Shown: piece after piece, positions 63,475 to 64,000 of the stretch
Numbering within the stretch: position 1 is the stretch's first letter
Layout: every line of letters starts with the position of its first letter
NCBI RefSeq assembly: GCF_006345805.1
Contig: NC_042997.1
Span: 166,408,001 to 166,472,000, forward strand
Source of the DNA: Octopus sinensis
Lineage: Eukaryota
DNA length: 64,000 nt
Direction: 5' to 3'
Notes under the pieces: model-generated
The model's database searches: none
Told to the model about the DNA's origin: nothing
What the model saw: only the letters and a program-made list of their open reading frames with translations
Position numbers and translations under genes: made by a program

Positions 63475-63702
63475 TTGTTTCTTTATTGCCCACAAGGGGC
63501 TAAACATAGAGGCGACAAACAAGGACAAAGGGATTAAGTTGATTACATCGACCCCAGTGTGTAACTGGTACTTATTTAATCGACCCCGAAAGGATGAAAA
63601 GCAAAGCCAACCTTGGTGGAATTTGAACACGGAACGTAGCGGCAGACGAAATACTGCTAAGCATTTCGCCCGGCATGCAAACGATTCTGCCAGCTCACCG
63701 CC

Positions 63703-63705
<3 letters not shown>
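63475..63705 (-). mobile_element. SINE family B flanked by (ATT)n on both sides
   Basis: Reverse complement of the family B consensus. Confidence 0.9.
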
Positions 63706-63733
<28 letters not shown>

Positions 63734-64000
63734 GTTTGGTTTGGAAGAAGGGTCTGTATCCATGACTTTGGAAAGCTCTCCAAGACTAGTACAGAGATAA
63801 TATCGATGTTCATCTTGGAAAAGTCCCAATTTAAAGGTTGCAGGGAAGGAATGTGCAGAGAGGGATTTCCAGTAAACCAATGTTCTGGGGAGGAAAGAGA
63901 GAGAATGGTGGATAGAGAGAATGGACTGCCAAGTGAGTGAGATATGCCTGAGTAGAGGTGGTACAAAATCAGAAAACTCAGAGGACTAGAGGGCTGTCAT

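Noticed and set aside
63388-63966. 192-aa - strand ORF
   Set aside because: Chimeric read-through of a decayed LINE-like segment, (AAT)n and a SINE B; not a gene.

Overview
AT-rich eukaryotic genomic DNA with large introns, microsatellites and dense SINE/LINE/MITE content. The repeat families suggest a cephalopod, probably Octopus (inference from recalled repeat sequences; no search run). Host genes supported: (1) a + strand gene whose whole CDS is one exon (9786-10325) encoding a 179-aa Pro/Ser/Tyr-rich low-complexity protein I cannot name; (2) a three-exon FAM89A/LURAP-family gene on the - strand (48476-48403, 34738-34522, 27452-27150; 197 aa); (3) the 3' end of a - strand type I membrane protein with a MEGF10/Draper-type EGF repeat (61791-61666, tentative 57864-57831, 57273-57042) continuing beyond the right edge; (4) a probable small exon of a - strand gene running off the left edge. 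Mobile DNA includes a young 5'-truncated CR1/L2-type LINE with a 570-codon RT frame, several RTE LINE relics (one family carries a PHD-like finger inside its RT and a 3'UTR of tandem ~58-bp hairpin units), an internally deleted mariner, TTAA-flanked piggyBac-type MITEs, three tRNA-derived SINE families, and (TA)n-embedded Penelope-like termini with hammerhead-ribozyme-like motifs. No CRISPR, rRNA or true tRNA genes were seen. Gene coordinates were counted by hand to the base; most repeat boundaries are approximate.
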